Source: an uncultured Planctomycetaceae bacterium (GTDB taxonomy: Bacteria > Planctomycetota > Planctomycetia > Isosphaerales > Isosphaeraceae). Taken from it: a stretch of 64,000 nt of DNA. Positions 11,678-22,886 of the stretch are shown here, piece by piece; the first letter of the stretch is position 1, and each line of letters starts with the position of its first letter. Position numbers and translations under genes: made by a program. The DNA lies in NCBI GenBank assembly GCA_963833985.1, contig CAWIAD010000001.1, positions 3,136,001 through 3,200,000 on the forward strand, given 5' to 3'. The notes beneath the pieces are model-generated. The model did not search any database. It had not been told where the DNA came from and worked only from the letters and a program-made list of their open reading frames with translations.

Positions 11678-14600
11678 TCAGCCGCGCAGCGGATTCAGTC
11701 CGTTGCGGAGCTGCTCGAAGAGCTTTCTGAAGTCCGGTCGCTCGCGTAACGGCTCAAACTCCTTGGACCGGAGCGGATCCGCGGAATCGAGCAGCCCGCG
11801 CTGGACGGCCTGTCGCAGCAGTTCCACGGCGCGCCGGGCATACGTTTCGGCGCTGTGCCTGGGGTCAGACACACGGTTCTGGTCCGCGAGCAGCGCGCAC
11901 TGGGCCAGGCCCTCCGCGACCGTCAGGTAATCGCTCAGTCTGCCAGGCAAGACCCCGACAAGCCGCTCTGCGCAATCTCCGGCACGCTCGACCTGCTTCA
12001 GCTCCAGAGCTATCAACATCTGAGAGGTCAATGCCTCGTAGCGGTTCCTGGTGTAGATGCGGTTGCCCGGGTCACCTTGCAGCGCCTCTTCGAAACGTGT
12101 CACGGCCTGGTTGAGGAAGTCCGACGCGCGGACCGAATCGCCCAGCTCGATGAGCCGCTTGCCATAATCGAAAAGGTTGCGTCCCTCTGAGTTGCGATAA
12201 TCGGGCACGTCCGGATAGTCGGCAATCAAGCGGGCCTGATCCACAAGCACGCGCTGCAATTCCGCCGCGGCGCCGGCCGGGTTCTGGGCCAGGTCCTGCA
12301 GTGCGAGCTGGAAGCGGGCGATGGCCAGGTTCTGGCGGTAATCGGGGACCTGCGGATAATCCTCCGCCAGCGGCTGTAGCAGTCGGACCGCCTGGCGGAA
12401 GGCCTCCTGCGCCTGCCTGGAATCGTCACGCAAACGAGCCAACCGTCCCAGGTTATGCCAGGCCGACGCAAGCTCGCGGCGATACTGCACGATGCCGGGG
12501 AACTCAACGGACAGGCGATCGAACTCGTCGCGTGCCTGGGTCAGGAGCTGCTCCGCGGCCTGGCTCTCCGGCTGCTTGCTGGCCGCGAGCGATCCCAGAT
12601 TGCTGCATGCCCGGGCGTGCTGCCAGCGTGCCGCGGGCAGGGTGCGGTGAATCGGCTCCAGACTGCCCAGGAGCTCAAGGATCTTGCGGTACTGGGCCTC
12701 GGCGCGTGCGGGATCGGTCCTGGCCTGGAGGATCGCCAGGTTATTGAGATACTGTGACAGCTTTACCCGGTTCTGGGGCAGGTCAGGCTTGGAGGCCAGC
12801 AGCGCCTGCTGGTCCTGGATGGCCTGTTGATAGAGCTCGCGGTCCGCCGGGCTCGGATCCGCCAGACGCGCGAGCAGGGCGCCCAGGTAGTAGCGGCTCT
12901 CGGCCAGGGCCTTGACTGCCGCGGCATCCTGGGCTGACCGGTCCGAGAGCTGCTTGCGCAGCGTGATGGCCTGCCGGAACCGGGACTCGGCGTCCTTGAA
13001 GCGGTTCATCCTGTAATCCAGGACGCCGAGCCCGTGGCTGGCTCGAGCCAGCGCTTGCAGGGGCCGGTCGTCGCCGGGCAGGCGGTCCTTCAAGTCCTCC
13101 AGCGAGGCGATGGCGGTGCGATCGTTCTGCTGGGCGTCGCTGTACAGGCCCAGCATCTCCAGCACGTCGCCCAGTCGGGCACGGGTGCGGGCTTCCAGCA
13201 GAAGCACCTCCGGATCGCGGCTGCTTTGCTCCAGCAGCTTCTGGAACTGCACCCGCGCCGTCTCCAGCAACTGCCGGCGAACGCCCTCCATCTGCGGGAT
13301 GTCCGCAAGGTCGACGTCGCCCACGTGGCTGAGCATCGTCTCGGCCGCTTCATAGGCGTAGCGATAGTTCTTTACCGCGAGCGCCCGCTCACGCTCGGTG
13401 CGGGCGCGTTCCCGCTCCAGGGCGATCGAACCGGCCGACAGTCCCACGACCGCAGCGACCAGCAGGGCCGCGGCCGTGGCCACCGCGGTCTTGTGGCGCC
13501 GCGCGAACCGGCCAAGGCGGGTCAGCCAGGGGTCGCGGTAGGCCGAGACCGGCTCGTCGGCCATCCAGTGCTCGATGTCGACGCGGAGCGCCCGGGCGCT
13601 CGGGTAGCGGTCGGCCGGGTTCAACGCCATCGCCTTGAGCACGATCGCTTCCAGCGCCCGGGGTACCGACGGCTTGACCCTGCGCGGCTTTGGAAAATCG
13701 CCCTCGATGACCCGCACCAGGGTCTTGGTGAGGTCGGTGCCGACGAAGGGTGGCCTGCCAGTAATAATGTTGTAGAGCGTCGATCCCAGGCTGAAGATAT
13801 CGCTGGTCGGCCCTAGCTCATCGGTCCGGCCGGCGGCCTGCTCCGGGCTCATGAACGAGGGTGTACCGACGAGTGTGCCGGCGACGGTTTGCGCCGTGCG
13901 GCCCATCGAAGGCGGCATCAACGGCTGTTCGGTGTGGGACCGGGCAGCTCCCGGACTGGATCTCTGTCCCGCCGGCAGCGCTGGCGGCCCCTCGCCATGG
14001 GGGCCGTCGAGCGTGGTGGTCCGGTCGTCGGCGTGCTCGGTATCGCCGTCTGGTGCACTCGACCGTTCCAGCACGGACAGGAAAGCCTCCGGCGAAGCGG
14101 CATCTTCCTGCGGAAAACAACGGCCGAGAGGCTTCGCCAGGCCCCAGTCCACCACCAGGGTCTCACCGTACTTTCCCAGCATGATGTTGGCTGGCTTGAT
14201 GTCGCGGTGCAGCACGCCACGGCTGTGCGCGTAGGCGATGGCGTCGCAGACGTCCAGGAAGTGGGACAGTAGCCTCCGCAGGCCGAGGGCCCGCTCGCCG
14301 GAGTTGCGATCGCGCGTGTCGGACTTGTAATAGCTGGCGATGGCTGCCTTCAGACTGACGCCCCTGATAAACTTCATGGCGTAGTACGGCCGGCCGTCCT
14401 GATGATGGCCGAGTCCGTAAACCGGCACAACTCCCGGGTGCTCGAGCCCGCCGGTGACCTCGGCTTCCACGACGAACCGCAAGCGGTTCTCCGCAATACG
14501 CGCGTGGCGGTCGTGCATCTCCTTCAGCGCCACCTCGCGGTGCAGCTCCTCGTCGCGCGCCACGGAAACCACGCCCAGGCCGCCCTCGGCGTGGGGTCGA

Positions 14601-15310
14601 AGCACGCGATAGCGCGGCGGAGCGATGTACGGCCCCGCCCCGGCGCCGGGCGGATGACCGCCGCGCGGACCGTCGGGCGGTAGCTCCGTCCGCCCGCGAT
14701 CACCGTTGCCGCCGTTCCAGGTCTCGGTCACGGGCATGCCGGGCGTCTCCGGCAAGTGGACGGGACGATCGGGAGAGGCGGCGGGCACGTTCGGTCGCTG
14801 TCCATCGTACTCCAGCAGAGCAGTCGCCTCCGGGTCGGCGGCACCTGCATTCCCGGGCAAACCGACCGTGACGTCACGCAGGGGTGGCGGCTCGGTCTGC
14901 TCGGCCTCCGAACCACCCGGTTCGGGCCCATCGCCCACCATCGTCAAGCTACCGTCGTGCGAGTCCTCAACTCCCACGCACGCGGCGGCGCGGATGAGCT
15001 GCAATCGCCATGCAGAATCACTCAGCTCCGGCAGCAAACGCGCGAGCAGCTCCCACAGGGCCACGGATTGAAACACCTTGATCGGGTCGGACTCCCGCCT
15101 GTTCAGGATGCCGCGCGCCGCCTCCTCGATCCTGAGCGCCACATCGCCCGGAATCCCTGCTGTTTCGCGCAGGATCGCGCCGAACGACTGCTCCGGCCGC
15201 CTTCGCCACACTTCCATCGCGGCCAGCCATTGCGGCCGCGAGAGTACCCTCTGCTGCAAGGCCAGCAGGCCCCAGACAAGCTCGTGCCCCATGCGGTCGA
15301 GGGAATCCAT
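11678..15310 (-). CDS. Serine/threonine protein kinase with TM segment and TPR-like C-terminus
   Basis: GGLGVV, VALKE, HRDIKPANIM, DWGLAK, GTPSFMSPEQ, SDIFSLG; TM AVATAAALLVAAVVGL; helical repeats. Confidence 0.92.
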   Translation of the reverse strand: MDSLDRMGHELVWGLLALQQRVLSRPQWLAAMEVWRRRPEQSFGAILRETAGIPGDVALRIEEAARGILNRRESDPIKVFQSVALWELLARLLPELSDSAWRLQLIRAAACVGVEDSHDGSLTMVGDGPEPGGSEAEQTEPPPLRDVTVGLPGNAGAADPEATALLEYDGQRPNVPAASPDRPVHLPETPGMPVTETWNGGNGDRGRTELPPDGPRGGHPPGAGAGPYIAPPRYRVLRPHAEGGLGVVSVARDEELHREVALKEMHDRHARIAENRLRFVVEAEVTGGLEHPGVVPVYGLGHHQDGRPYYAMKFIRGVSLKAAIASYYKSDTRDRNSGERALGLRRLLSHFLDVCDAIAYAHSRGVLHRDIKPANIMLGKYGETLVVDWGLAKPLGRCFPQEDAASPEAFLSVLERSSAPDGDTEHADDRTTTLDGPHGEGPPALPAGQRSSPGAARSHTEQPLMPPSMGRTAQTVAGTLVGTPSFMSPEQAAGRTDELGPTSDIFSLGSTLYNIITGRPPFVGTDLTKTLVRVIEGDFPKPRRVKPSVPRALEAIVLKAMALNPADRYPSARALRVDIEHWMADEPVSAYRDPWLTRLGRFARRHKTAVATAAALLVAAVVGLSAGSIALERERARTERERALAVKNYRYAYEAAETMLSHVGDVDLADIPQMEGVRRQLLETARVQFQKLLEQSSRDPEVLLLEARTRARLGDVLEMLGLYSDAQQNDRTAIASLEDLKDRLPGDDRPLQALARASHGLGVLDYRMNRFKDAESRFRQAITLRKQLSDRSAQDAAAVKALAESRYYLGALLARLADPSPADRELYQQAIQDQQALLASKPDLPQNRVKLSQYLNNLAILQARTDPARAEAQYRKILELLGSLEPIHRTLPAARWQHARACSNLGSLAASKQPESQAAEQLLTQARDEFDRLSVEFPGIVQYRRELASAWHNLGRLARLRDDSRQAQEAFRQAVRLLQPLAEDYPQVPDYRQNLAIARFQLALQDLAQNPAGAAAELQRVLVDQARLIADYPDVPDYRNSEGRNLFDYGKRLIELGDSVRASDFLNQAVTRFEEALQGDPGNRIYTRNRYEALTSQMLIALELKQVERAGDCAERLVGVLPGRLSDYLTVAEGLAQCALLADQNRVSDPRHSAETYARRAVELLRQAVQRGLLDSADPLRSKEFEPLRERPDFRKLFEQLRNGLNPLRG

Positions 15311-15552
15311 GAACCGACGTCCTCCCAGGCGCAATGAGCGACGCGCAGCGCCAGACGGAACGAGACCTTGCCACTGATCCGCAACGGACCGACCTCCGGC
15401 GCCGCCGCAGCGAGCGCGAGAGCGGCGTCGACAGCGCCGGGAGTCGTCCACAGGCGGCAGGGGAGGTCGCTTCGCCGCACCCGTCCGCCCTTGCTGAACC
15501 AGCTCAATCCGTTCCAGGTCAATCCGCCCAGCGGCACTGATCCCGGTTCGGT

Positions 15553-16890
15553 TCAGGCCCGGACCGGTACGACGAACGGCTGCCGGTACTTGCGAGTGAG
15601 CATCGAGTCGGCTTCCGGGTCGGCGATGAACGACTCGTTTGCCGGGTTGATATGCAGCTTACGTCCCAGTCGATATGCAATGTTGCCCAGATGGCAATAC
15701 GCACTCGAGAGGTGCCCCTCCTCGATGTCGGCTGCGAGCAGTGTGTGATCGCGCGACTTGACGGCCTTCACGAAGTTGGCGAAGTGATCACCGCCGCCCG
15801 TGCCGGCCGGGCCCCGCTCCAGGTTCGGCCCGAAGTAGGTTTGCCAGTTGGTGTAGCTGGTCACCGCGAGGATGCCTTCGGTGCCGTAGAAAATATCTCC
15901 GATCTTGACCTTCAGCTCGTCGTTGGTGGGCAGGCCGCGGACCTCGAACTGAAGCTCGCAGTCGTCAAACTCGTAAGTGACGTGCAGCGTGTTGGGAGTC
16001 TGGGCGTCGTCGGAATAGCCGAACCGGCCCCCCGAGGCAAGCACGGCACGGGGGAACTCATGCTTGTTCAGACCCCAGCGCGCCACGTCCATCTGGTGAA
16101 TGCCCTGATTGCCCAGGTCGCCGTTGCCGTAGTCCCAGAACCAGTGCCAGTTGTAGTGGAACCGGTTGGGGTTGAACGGCCGCTCGGGTGCAGGACCAAG
16201 CCAGAGATTGTAATCGACACCGGCGGGAACCGGCCCGTCGGGCTTATGGCCGATCGATCCGCGCGGCTTGTAGCACAGCCCCTTGGCCATATAGATCTTG
16301 CCCAGCTTGCCGGAGTGGACGAACGCCATGGCATCCTGGATGCCCTTGTGACTGCGCAGCTGCGTACCGGTCTGGACAATGCGATTGTACTTGCGGGCGA
16401 ACTCCACCATCCGCCTGCCTTCGGTCACGTTGTGGCTGACCGGCTTCTCCACGTAAACGTCTTTCTCAGCCTGGCAGGCCCAGATGGTCGCCAGCGCGTG
16501 CCAGTGGTTCGTTGTGGCCACGGAGATCGCATCGACCTCCTTGTCGTCGAGCAACTGGCGGATATCCTGATAGTATTTCGGTGCGGTGCCGTAAAGCTGC
16601 TCGATCTCGTGCCGGGCCGAGCCAATCACGTTCTGATCGATATCGCAGATCGCGGTGATCCGCACGTCCTTCTGATGGCCGAACCCTTCGATGTGGTCCA
16701 TGCCCCGTCCATGCACGCCGACAACCGCCACCCGCAGTGTGTCATTGGCGCTGGCGGTTCTTCCCTGACCGCCATTCGTACTGGGCTCCGCGTTCCCGCC
16801 GGCCCGAGCCGATCCGGCCGGAAGGGCGGCGATGGCAGCCGCCAGCGCGGCAGTATCTTGAAGGAAACGACGGCGATCCGGTGAGCGCAT
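15553..16890 (-). CDS. Gfo/Idh/MocA family oxidoreductase, Tat-exported
   Basis: DRRRFLQ twin-arginine signal; GVHGRG; DVYVEKP; GDLGNQGIHQMD. Confidence 0.92.
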   Translation of the reverse strand: MRSPDRRRFLQDTAALAAAIAALPAGSARAGGNAEPSTNGGQGRTASANDTLRVAVVGVHGRGMDHIEGFGHQKDVRITAICDIDQNVIGSARHEIEQLYGTAPKYYQDIRQLLDDKEVDAISVATTNHWHALATIWACQAEKDVYVEKPVSHNVTEGRRMVEFARKYNRIVQTGTQLRSHKGIQDAMAFVHSGKLGKIYMAKGLCYKPRGSIGHKPDGPVPAGVDYNLWLGPAPERPFNPNRFHYNWHWFWDYGNGDLGNQGIHQMDVARWGLNKHEFPRAVLASGGRFGYSDDAQTPNTLHVTYEFDDCELQFEVRGLPTNDELKVKIGDIFYGTEGILAVTSYTNWQTYFGPNLERGPAGTGGGDHFANFVKAVKSRDHTLLAADIEEGHLSSAYCHLGNIAYRLGRKLHINPANESFIADPEADSMLTRKYRQPFVVPVRA

Positions 16891-17006
16891 GACTATGCTC
16901 CGGAGTAGGCCAGGGGCCGGTTAGTTCGGTGACGAATGCTCCCGCTATCACACAGCGCCGCCCCGCGCAGGTCAAGCAGGGTGCACAGGCGTGACGCAGG
17001 TCTTCG

Positions 17007-18024
17007 TCAGCTTGCGGCAGGGAAGCCGAGGGAGAAGAGTTTCTTGATCGCGTGGCTCACCTTCCAGGTCCGGCTTCCCTGGAACTGGGCCACGGCAGCG
17101 GAGAGTCGGGCATTCTCGCGGTCGAGGTGGTGCACCCTGGCCTCGAGTTCCAGGGAGCGGGCGGCCTGAACGGTCAGACCTGATATGTGCTCATACAACT
17201 GCTGGTTCGTCTGCTCCAGTGAGGAACGCCTGGCCCGCTCCTCGTGCCAGCCCGCGGTGCACTCGACCAGCTCCTGGTGCCGCCAGTCCACGGCACGCGA
17301 GGAGACGTCGATCATCGTCGACGACGGGGCTTCCCCGATCGGCTCATCAGAGGCGATGGCCACGACGTAAAGCTGCTTCTCGAGCATCCTCGCTCACGGG
17401 AGTGAAGCCCGTCGGGCCAAACTGCAACTGGCAGAACTCGCTCCCCTGGCCGTGATCCAGGGGCCAGAGGAATGAGGCAGGGTACACCCTTTGACCCAGC
17501 AACGTCACATGCTGAAACCAGCGCTTCAAGAAGTCATAGAATTCGCTGGTGTAAAATTCTTTGACGTGAAAAGGATTTTGGCGATTCGGTACGTCGGAAT
17601 AGAGATACCTGTTCGGCGTCGAGATCAGGAGCCGGCCCTCGGGCTTGAGCAAGCGCTTGATCTCTTGCAGCAGGCGGCCTTGCGTGGCCGTGTCAATGTG
17701 CTCGATCGTTTCGAATGAGGTGACGATGTCGAAGAGCGACCGGCCCTGGATCGGCAACGACTCGGCCGAGCCCTGCAAGAAGCACAGGTTCTCTGCCGGG
17801 TAGCGAGCACTGGCGTGGGAAATCGCCTCCGCGGAGTTGTCCACGCCAACGACCTCGCGAGCCAGGCGAGCCATCCACTGGCAACCATAGCCTTCCCCGC
17901 AGGCCACATCCAGGACGGACTTGCCGGCAACCAACCTCTCTGCGTACACGTAGCGATGCCAGTGTTCGTAGGAGATTTCCGGCCAGTCCAGTTCCGGAAT
18001 GTATCTCTCTCCCGTGAAGTCCAT
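17007..18024 (-). CDS. Class I SAM-dependent methyltransferase with coiled-coil tail (surface-polysaccharide type); frameshift near 17385
   Basis: FTGERYIP, EHWHRY, VLDVACGEGYG, SFETIEH, NPFHVKE; second frame ends SRTWKVS after a coiled coil. Confidence 0.82.
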
Positions 18025-18423
18025 GGGCGCCTCGACGATCCTGTCCAGGGAGCCGTCTCGATCTGCTTCGGGGCATGGCGACTGCCCCCACTCCTCACTC
18101 CACGCATTGGTGTGAGGTTTGGCCCGAGACCGCCGGTTTATACGCGAATCCCTTCCGCAGGTAAAGCATACCTGGGTTTCATTACGGTGCTGAAAAGGGA
18201 TCCGCGTGAAGCCACCGGACTCAGAGCTTCAGAAGCGTCTGTCTGCATCTGGCTGGCACTTCGTCGGATCAGCCTTCCAGCGAGCCACCATTACTCAGAA
18301 TCGATGGATCGGTCAACGCGGATTCCAGATCTCCTGGAGGATTGGAGGATCTGGAATTCGTGGGCCGCCGCTCACGCAGGCCATGCGCGGGACAGCCAGT
18401 CGCGTATCAGCGCTGATGCGGCA

Positions 18424-19530
18424 TCACCGCGCCAGGATCCCGCGCGAGATGGCCGAGGGGTCACGGCTGACGCGGTCGGCAAAGGCCCGGAAGGAGGTGA
18501 GAACCAGCTTGAGCTGGGCCAAAGCCGACGTCCCGCTCAGGGCCAGGTTATTGAAGTTGTCGTACAGGTCCGATTGGAGAAGCAGCTTTTGCAGCGAGCC
18601 GTCCGTGTTCAGCGCTCCCTTGCGGTTGCGGAGTGCGGCCGTCAAGAGCTCCAGGTCGGCGACCACGCGATTGAACCGGCGCACGCTCTGGCCGAAATCG
18701 GTGGCGGGGGCGTGGTTCACGGGCGCGCCCAGGTCCTTGAGCAGCGGGTTCACGTCCGCCAGGCCGGCGTCCAGACGGGCCGAGGCCGACGAGATCCGGG
18801 CGACAGCGGTCTGGAACGAGTCCTGGGTCTCGGGGCTCAGAGTACTGTTCAGCTTGTCGCCCACCTTCTTGAGATTGGCGATGGTGGCGCGTAGGTCGTT
18901 CTCGTTGTTCTTCAGAAAGCCGTCGATGGCAGCGGACGCGTCGGAAACGTCCTGCCCCGTCTTGGTCCAGGTCTTCAGGAAGTCCTCCACGCGCTCGGAG
19001 TTCTTGGACAGCTTGGCCAGTCCGCTGGCCGCCTCGTTGATCGTCTTCAGCGTGTCGCCCACCTGGTCGAACGCCTGGGTGGCCGCGGCCAGCGCCTTGG
19101 ACGGGTCGATGGCCACCTCACCCTCGAGCACAGGGGCTGTCTCGGGGGTCCGGCCAAGCACGAGGTCGGCCTGTCCGGTGCCGGGCAGCATATCGATGGT
19201 CACATCGCCGATCAGGGACCGGGACAACCGCGGCACCGAGCCCTCGCGGATGGAATACCTGCGCTCGATGGCCAGGGTCACCAGCACGCCGTCGGGCTGA
19301 TTGGGGCGATGGTCGAAGGCGATGGCCGCCACCTCGCCCACCCGGATGCCGCTCTTGCGCACGGCCACTCCCTCCAGCACGCCCGGAGCGTCCGCATAGC
19401 GGGCCTTCAGGTAAACCTGGTCGCGGAGCAGCGCAGGGGACTCGCCAAACCAGACGATCAACATGGTCAGGACCAGGCCGGCCACGATCACGAACATGCC
19501 GATCCGAAATTGCATGACGCGTTCGTTCAT
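18424..19530 (-). CDS. mlaD: MCE/MlaD family substrate-binding protein
   Basis: FRIGMFVI TM, APGVLEGVAVRKSGIRVGEV, helical C-terminus; operon with ABC ATPase and permease. Confidence 0.88.
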   Translation of the reverse strand: MNERVMQFRIGMFVIVAGLVLTMLIVWFGESPALLRDQVYLKARYADAPGVLEGVAVRKSGIRVGEVAAIAFDHRPNQPDGVLVTLAIERRYSIREGSVPRLSRSLIGDVTIDMLPGTGQADLVLGRTPETAPVLEGEVAIDPSKALAAATQAFDQVGDTLKTINEAASGLAKLSKNSERVEDFLKTWTKTGQDVSDASAAIDGFLKNNENDLRATIANLKKVGDKLNSTLSPETQDSFQTAVARISSASARLDAGLADVNPLLKDLGAPVNHAPATDFGQSVRRFNRVVADLELLTAALRNRKGALNTDGSLQKLLLQSDLYDNFNNLALSGTSALAQLKLVLTSFRAFADRVSRDPSAISRGILAR

Positions 19531-19599
19531 CTTGTCACTGCCCCCTGACTTGATGGTTCCCGCTCTGGCTCCAGGTGTGGCTCATCGCCGGTCAACTCC

Positions 19600-20442
19600 T
19601 CATCCATTCGCGTCGGCCCGTTGCTGGGCCAGCTCGCGGAGCCGTTCTCCGGCCTCCCCGCGCACGAACTGACGGACCCGCGGGTCCTCGGCGTCCTCGA
19701 TGTGCTCCGGCGGACCGTCGTAGATGATCTGGGGCTCATCGGGCGCCAGCCGCGCCAGCGGGTAAAGCATGACCACGCGGTCGGCCACCTTGGTCACCGT
19801 TTTCATGTCGTGAGTCACCACCACGCCGGTGGTCTTCTTGCTCTGCTGGGTCATCAGGATCAGCTCGTTGATCACGTCGCTCATGATCGGGTCCAGCCCG
19901 GTGGTGGGTTCGTCATAGAGCATGACCTCGGGATTCAAGGCCAGCGCCCGGGCCAGGCCCACGCGCTTGCGCTGGCCGCCGGAAAGCTCGGCGGGCTTCT
20001 TCTGTTCCAGCCCCGCGGGCAGGCCCACCTCCTGAAGCCGCTCGGCGACAATCGTGCGAATCTCGTCCTCGCGGCGAAGATGGTGCTCGCGCAGGCCGAA
20101 GGCCACGTTGTCGTAGATGGTCAGGCTGTCGAAGAGCGCGGCCATCTGGAAGAGGAAGCCGAACCGCAAGCGCAGCTTGACGAGCTCCTTGCCGCCCAAT
20201 CCCGCGATATTCGTGCCGTCGAACCGGACGCTTCCCTGGGTGGGATGAAGCAGGCCGATGATCAGCTTGAGCATGACGGTCTTGCCGCAGCCGCTCTCGC
20301 CGATGATGCAGACAGTCTCGCCCTTGTGGATTGCCAGGTTGATGCCGCGGAGCACGTTCTGCGTGCGGAACCGCATGCTCACGCCGCGCAGCTCGATCAG
20401 ATCCCTGCCTTTCACGCCATCGAGCGCCGACGCGTCGCTCAT
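19600..20442 (-). CDS. mlaF: MlaF-type ABC transporter ATP-binding protein
   Basis: GESGCGKT, FQMAALFDSLT, LSGGQRKRVGLARA, YDEPTTGLDP. Confidence 0.92.
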   Translation of the reverse strand: MSDASALDGVKGRDLIELRGVSMRFRTQNVLRGINLAIHKGETVCIIGESGCGKTVMLKLIIGLLHPTQGSVRFDGTNIAGLGGKELVKLRLRFGFLFQMAALFDSLTIYDNVAFGLREHHLRREDEIRTIVAERLQEVGLPAGLEQKKPAELSGGQRKRVGLARALALNPEVMLYDEPTTGLDPIMSDVINELILMTQQSKKTTGVVVTHDMKTVTKVADRVVMLYPLARLAPDEPQIIYDGPPEHIEDAEDPRVRQFVRGEAGERLRELAQQRADANG

Positions 20443-21326
20443 AGCAACCCCTGGGCCTGGGGCCAGATCGAGCGGTAAACCGTGTTCCAGCCCAGCCCAA
20501 GTACGAAGTCGAGGAAGAGGATGGCGATGAACGAAAAGACGAAAGCCTCGGTCGCTGCTTTGCCCACGCCCTCCGCTCCCGCGCTGGAGTTGAACCCGCG
20601 GTGGCAGCTGATCAGCGCAATCCCAGCTCCGAAGAAGTAGCTCTTGAAGACGCCGGCAAAGATGTCCAGGCTCTCCACGAAATCGCGCGAATGCTTCCAG
20701 TAGGCGAAGGAATCGACGCCAAGAATCTGCGTCGCCACCACGGCGCCGCCGATCACCCCCATGAAGTCAGCCATCAAGGTCAGAAGCGGGATCAGCAGCA
20801 GGCAGGCCAGAAAGCGGGGGGTCACAAGATAGTAAATCGGGTTGGTACCCAGCGCCGTCAGGGCGTCGATCTGCTCGGTGACGCGCATCGTGCCCAGCTC
20901 GGCGGCCATCGACGAACCCACCCGTCCCGCCAGCATGGTTGCCGCCAGCACCGGTCCCAGCTCCTTGACAATGGAAATATTGATGACAGAGCCCAGCCGC
21001 GTGGCCAGCCCCATCATCTGGAACGAGTGATAGGCCTGGACCGCAAGGACCATACCGATGAACGTGCCGGTGATGGCCACCACCGAGACGCTCTGCACGC
21101 CGATGGCGTAAAAGATCGGTACCAGCACGGACCAGCGGGGCCGCTTGCGGACGATCCAGGTCACCGTCTGGATCGAGAATTGCCCCACGTCGCCGATCTC
21201 GGCGACCGTATCGAAGACCTGTTCGCCCAGCCGGTGGACCGGGGTCTCCTGGGGTCCGGACAGATCCGCATCCGCACTGCTACCGGCTGTGGCAACGGCC
21301 ATCCAGCGACGACTCCCACGCGCCAT
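20439..21326 (-). CDS. mlaE: MlaE family ABC permease
   Basis: ELGPVLAATMLAGRVGSSMAAELGTMRVTEQIDAL. Confidence 0.93.
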   Translation of the reverse strand: MARGSRRWMAVATAGSSADADLSGPQETPVHRLGEQVFDTVAEIGDVGQFSIQTVTWIVRKRPRWSVLVPIFYAIGVQSVSVVAITGTFIGMVLAVQAYHSFQMMGLATRLGSVINISIVKELGPVLAATMLAGRVGSSMAAELGTMRVTEQIDALTALGTNPIYYLVTPRFLACLLLIPLLTLMADFMGVIGGAVVATQILGVDSFAYWKHSRDFVESLDIFAGVFKSYFFGAGIALISCHRGFNSSAGAEGVGKAATEAFVFSFIAILFLDFVLGLGWNTVYRSIWPQAQGLL

Positions 21327-21579
21327 TCACCGGTCGACGGATGGTCGCCAGACGGCCTTCCCTCAACCACGAAAACCACGTCACTTGCCAGCACGCTTCA
21401 TGTTGAAACATCCCGACCATGTTCATTCTTGGCATTTCCCAGCCACTTGGCAAGGCCGACTGCGGGAAGCCCGGCAACGAGCAGAGAGGCCGGCGTATCA
21501 ATCTCTCTGCCAAAGACTTACGGCTGGACACGGGCGCACGGAGGCGTCGAGTGGCCGGACCGCCGCGAGGGGGCCTCGT

Positions 21580-22714
21580 TCAGAGTCCAAGCTGCTTGAG
21601 CCGGGCTTCGAGCATCTGCTCGATCATCTGCGCCGTCTGGCGGTAGGTGTGATGGTCCGAGCCGATGGGGTCGGGAACGTCGCCGCCCTCGGGATCCAGC
21701 AGGTAAGCGTGGTCCTGGACCTCGGGAACAGCCTCGAGCAAAGCGTCCAGATGGTCGGCGGTCATGGCGAAGATGCAGTCGGCCTGGCGCACCATCTCCA
21801 GCGTGGCGCGCCGGCTGCGATGGTTCTCCAGCGTTCCCCCCATCGAGCGGAGCACGTCGACAGCATGGGACGCCGCCGGTGATCCGCTGGCCGCGGCCAC
21901 GCCCGCTGACTGCACCACGTAGCCTTGCTCCTCGATCTGCTCGAGGTCACAGTGCAAGCGACGCGCAATCATCAGCCGGCAGATGGCCTCGGCCATCGGA
22001 CTGCGGCAGGTGTTCCCCGTGCAAATGAACAGAACAATCAAGCCCGACATCTGAAGCAGCGTCCGCGCAGTCATGGCCCCTGCATGCACCACGGTCCAGC
22101 CGTCCTGGTCGACCCGCACCCATGTGCACTGCTGTCCACAGGGAGTCGGGCCGGAGTCAATGACCAGGTCCAGGTCCGCCAGGCCCTGGAGAGAATCAGC
22201 CGTGGTCGCGAGCGTCTTCCCGTCCGGCATGAGCGGACGAAGCACGAGCGGAGCCGGAGTCAGGTCCAGCACGTCGCGCAGGAACGGCTCGGCCGAACTG
22301 CGCAGGCGCCAACTCACCCGCCGGCGCGATGAGACCGCGGACGGGCAGCGGAAGGCGGCTGAACAGACTCGATCGGGCACTCGAGGGGAAGACCAGCGTC
22401 AACGGTCCCGGCCAGAGCCGCGCAGCCAGGCGGCGACCGACCAGTGAGATCTCCGGCACCCAGTCCTGGCATTCCTGTGCACTGCGGACGATGAGCGTGA
22501 GCGGAAGGGAATCCGTGGTGGCTCCGATTCCGCGGAGCCGCTCCAGCCCGCTGGGATGAAGGGCACTGGCCGCAAGCGAGTATTCCGTCTCGGTGGCCAG
22601 GCCGACTACTCCCCCCTGAGCCAGGCAGGCCACCGCCTGATGGACCACGTCGCGCGGGTCGTCGCAATGGACAAGATCGATCGACTGTGCAGTGACTCGG
22701 GCGTCGGCCATCAA
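21580..22714 (-). CDS. Sua5/YrdC (TsaC-like) domain fused to low-molecular-weight protein phosphatase; frameshift near 22305
   Basis: GGVVGLATETEYSL, LWPGPLTLV, then CTGNTCRSPMAE and DVPDPIG. Confidence 0.8.
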
Positions 22715-22886
22715 ATACCATCATCGCGGCGCAGGAAACGGGACCTTGGTTCCGCTCATGGTTGCATGACGGGAGGCAACACCCTCCATCGAGCAACAGG
22801 AATGCATCATACCCGTGCCGTCCGGCGGAGCAAACGCTCTGGTGACGATCCGGGCTCTTTCATGCTCCCAGGTGCATGGAAATCCA

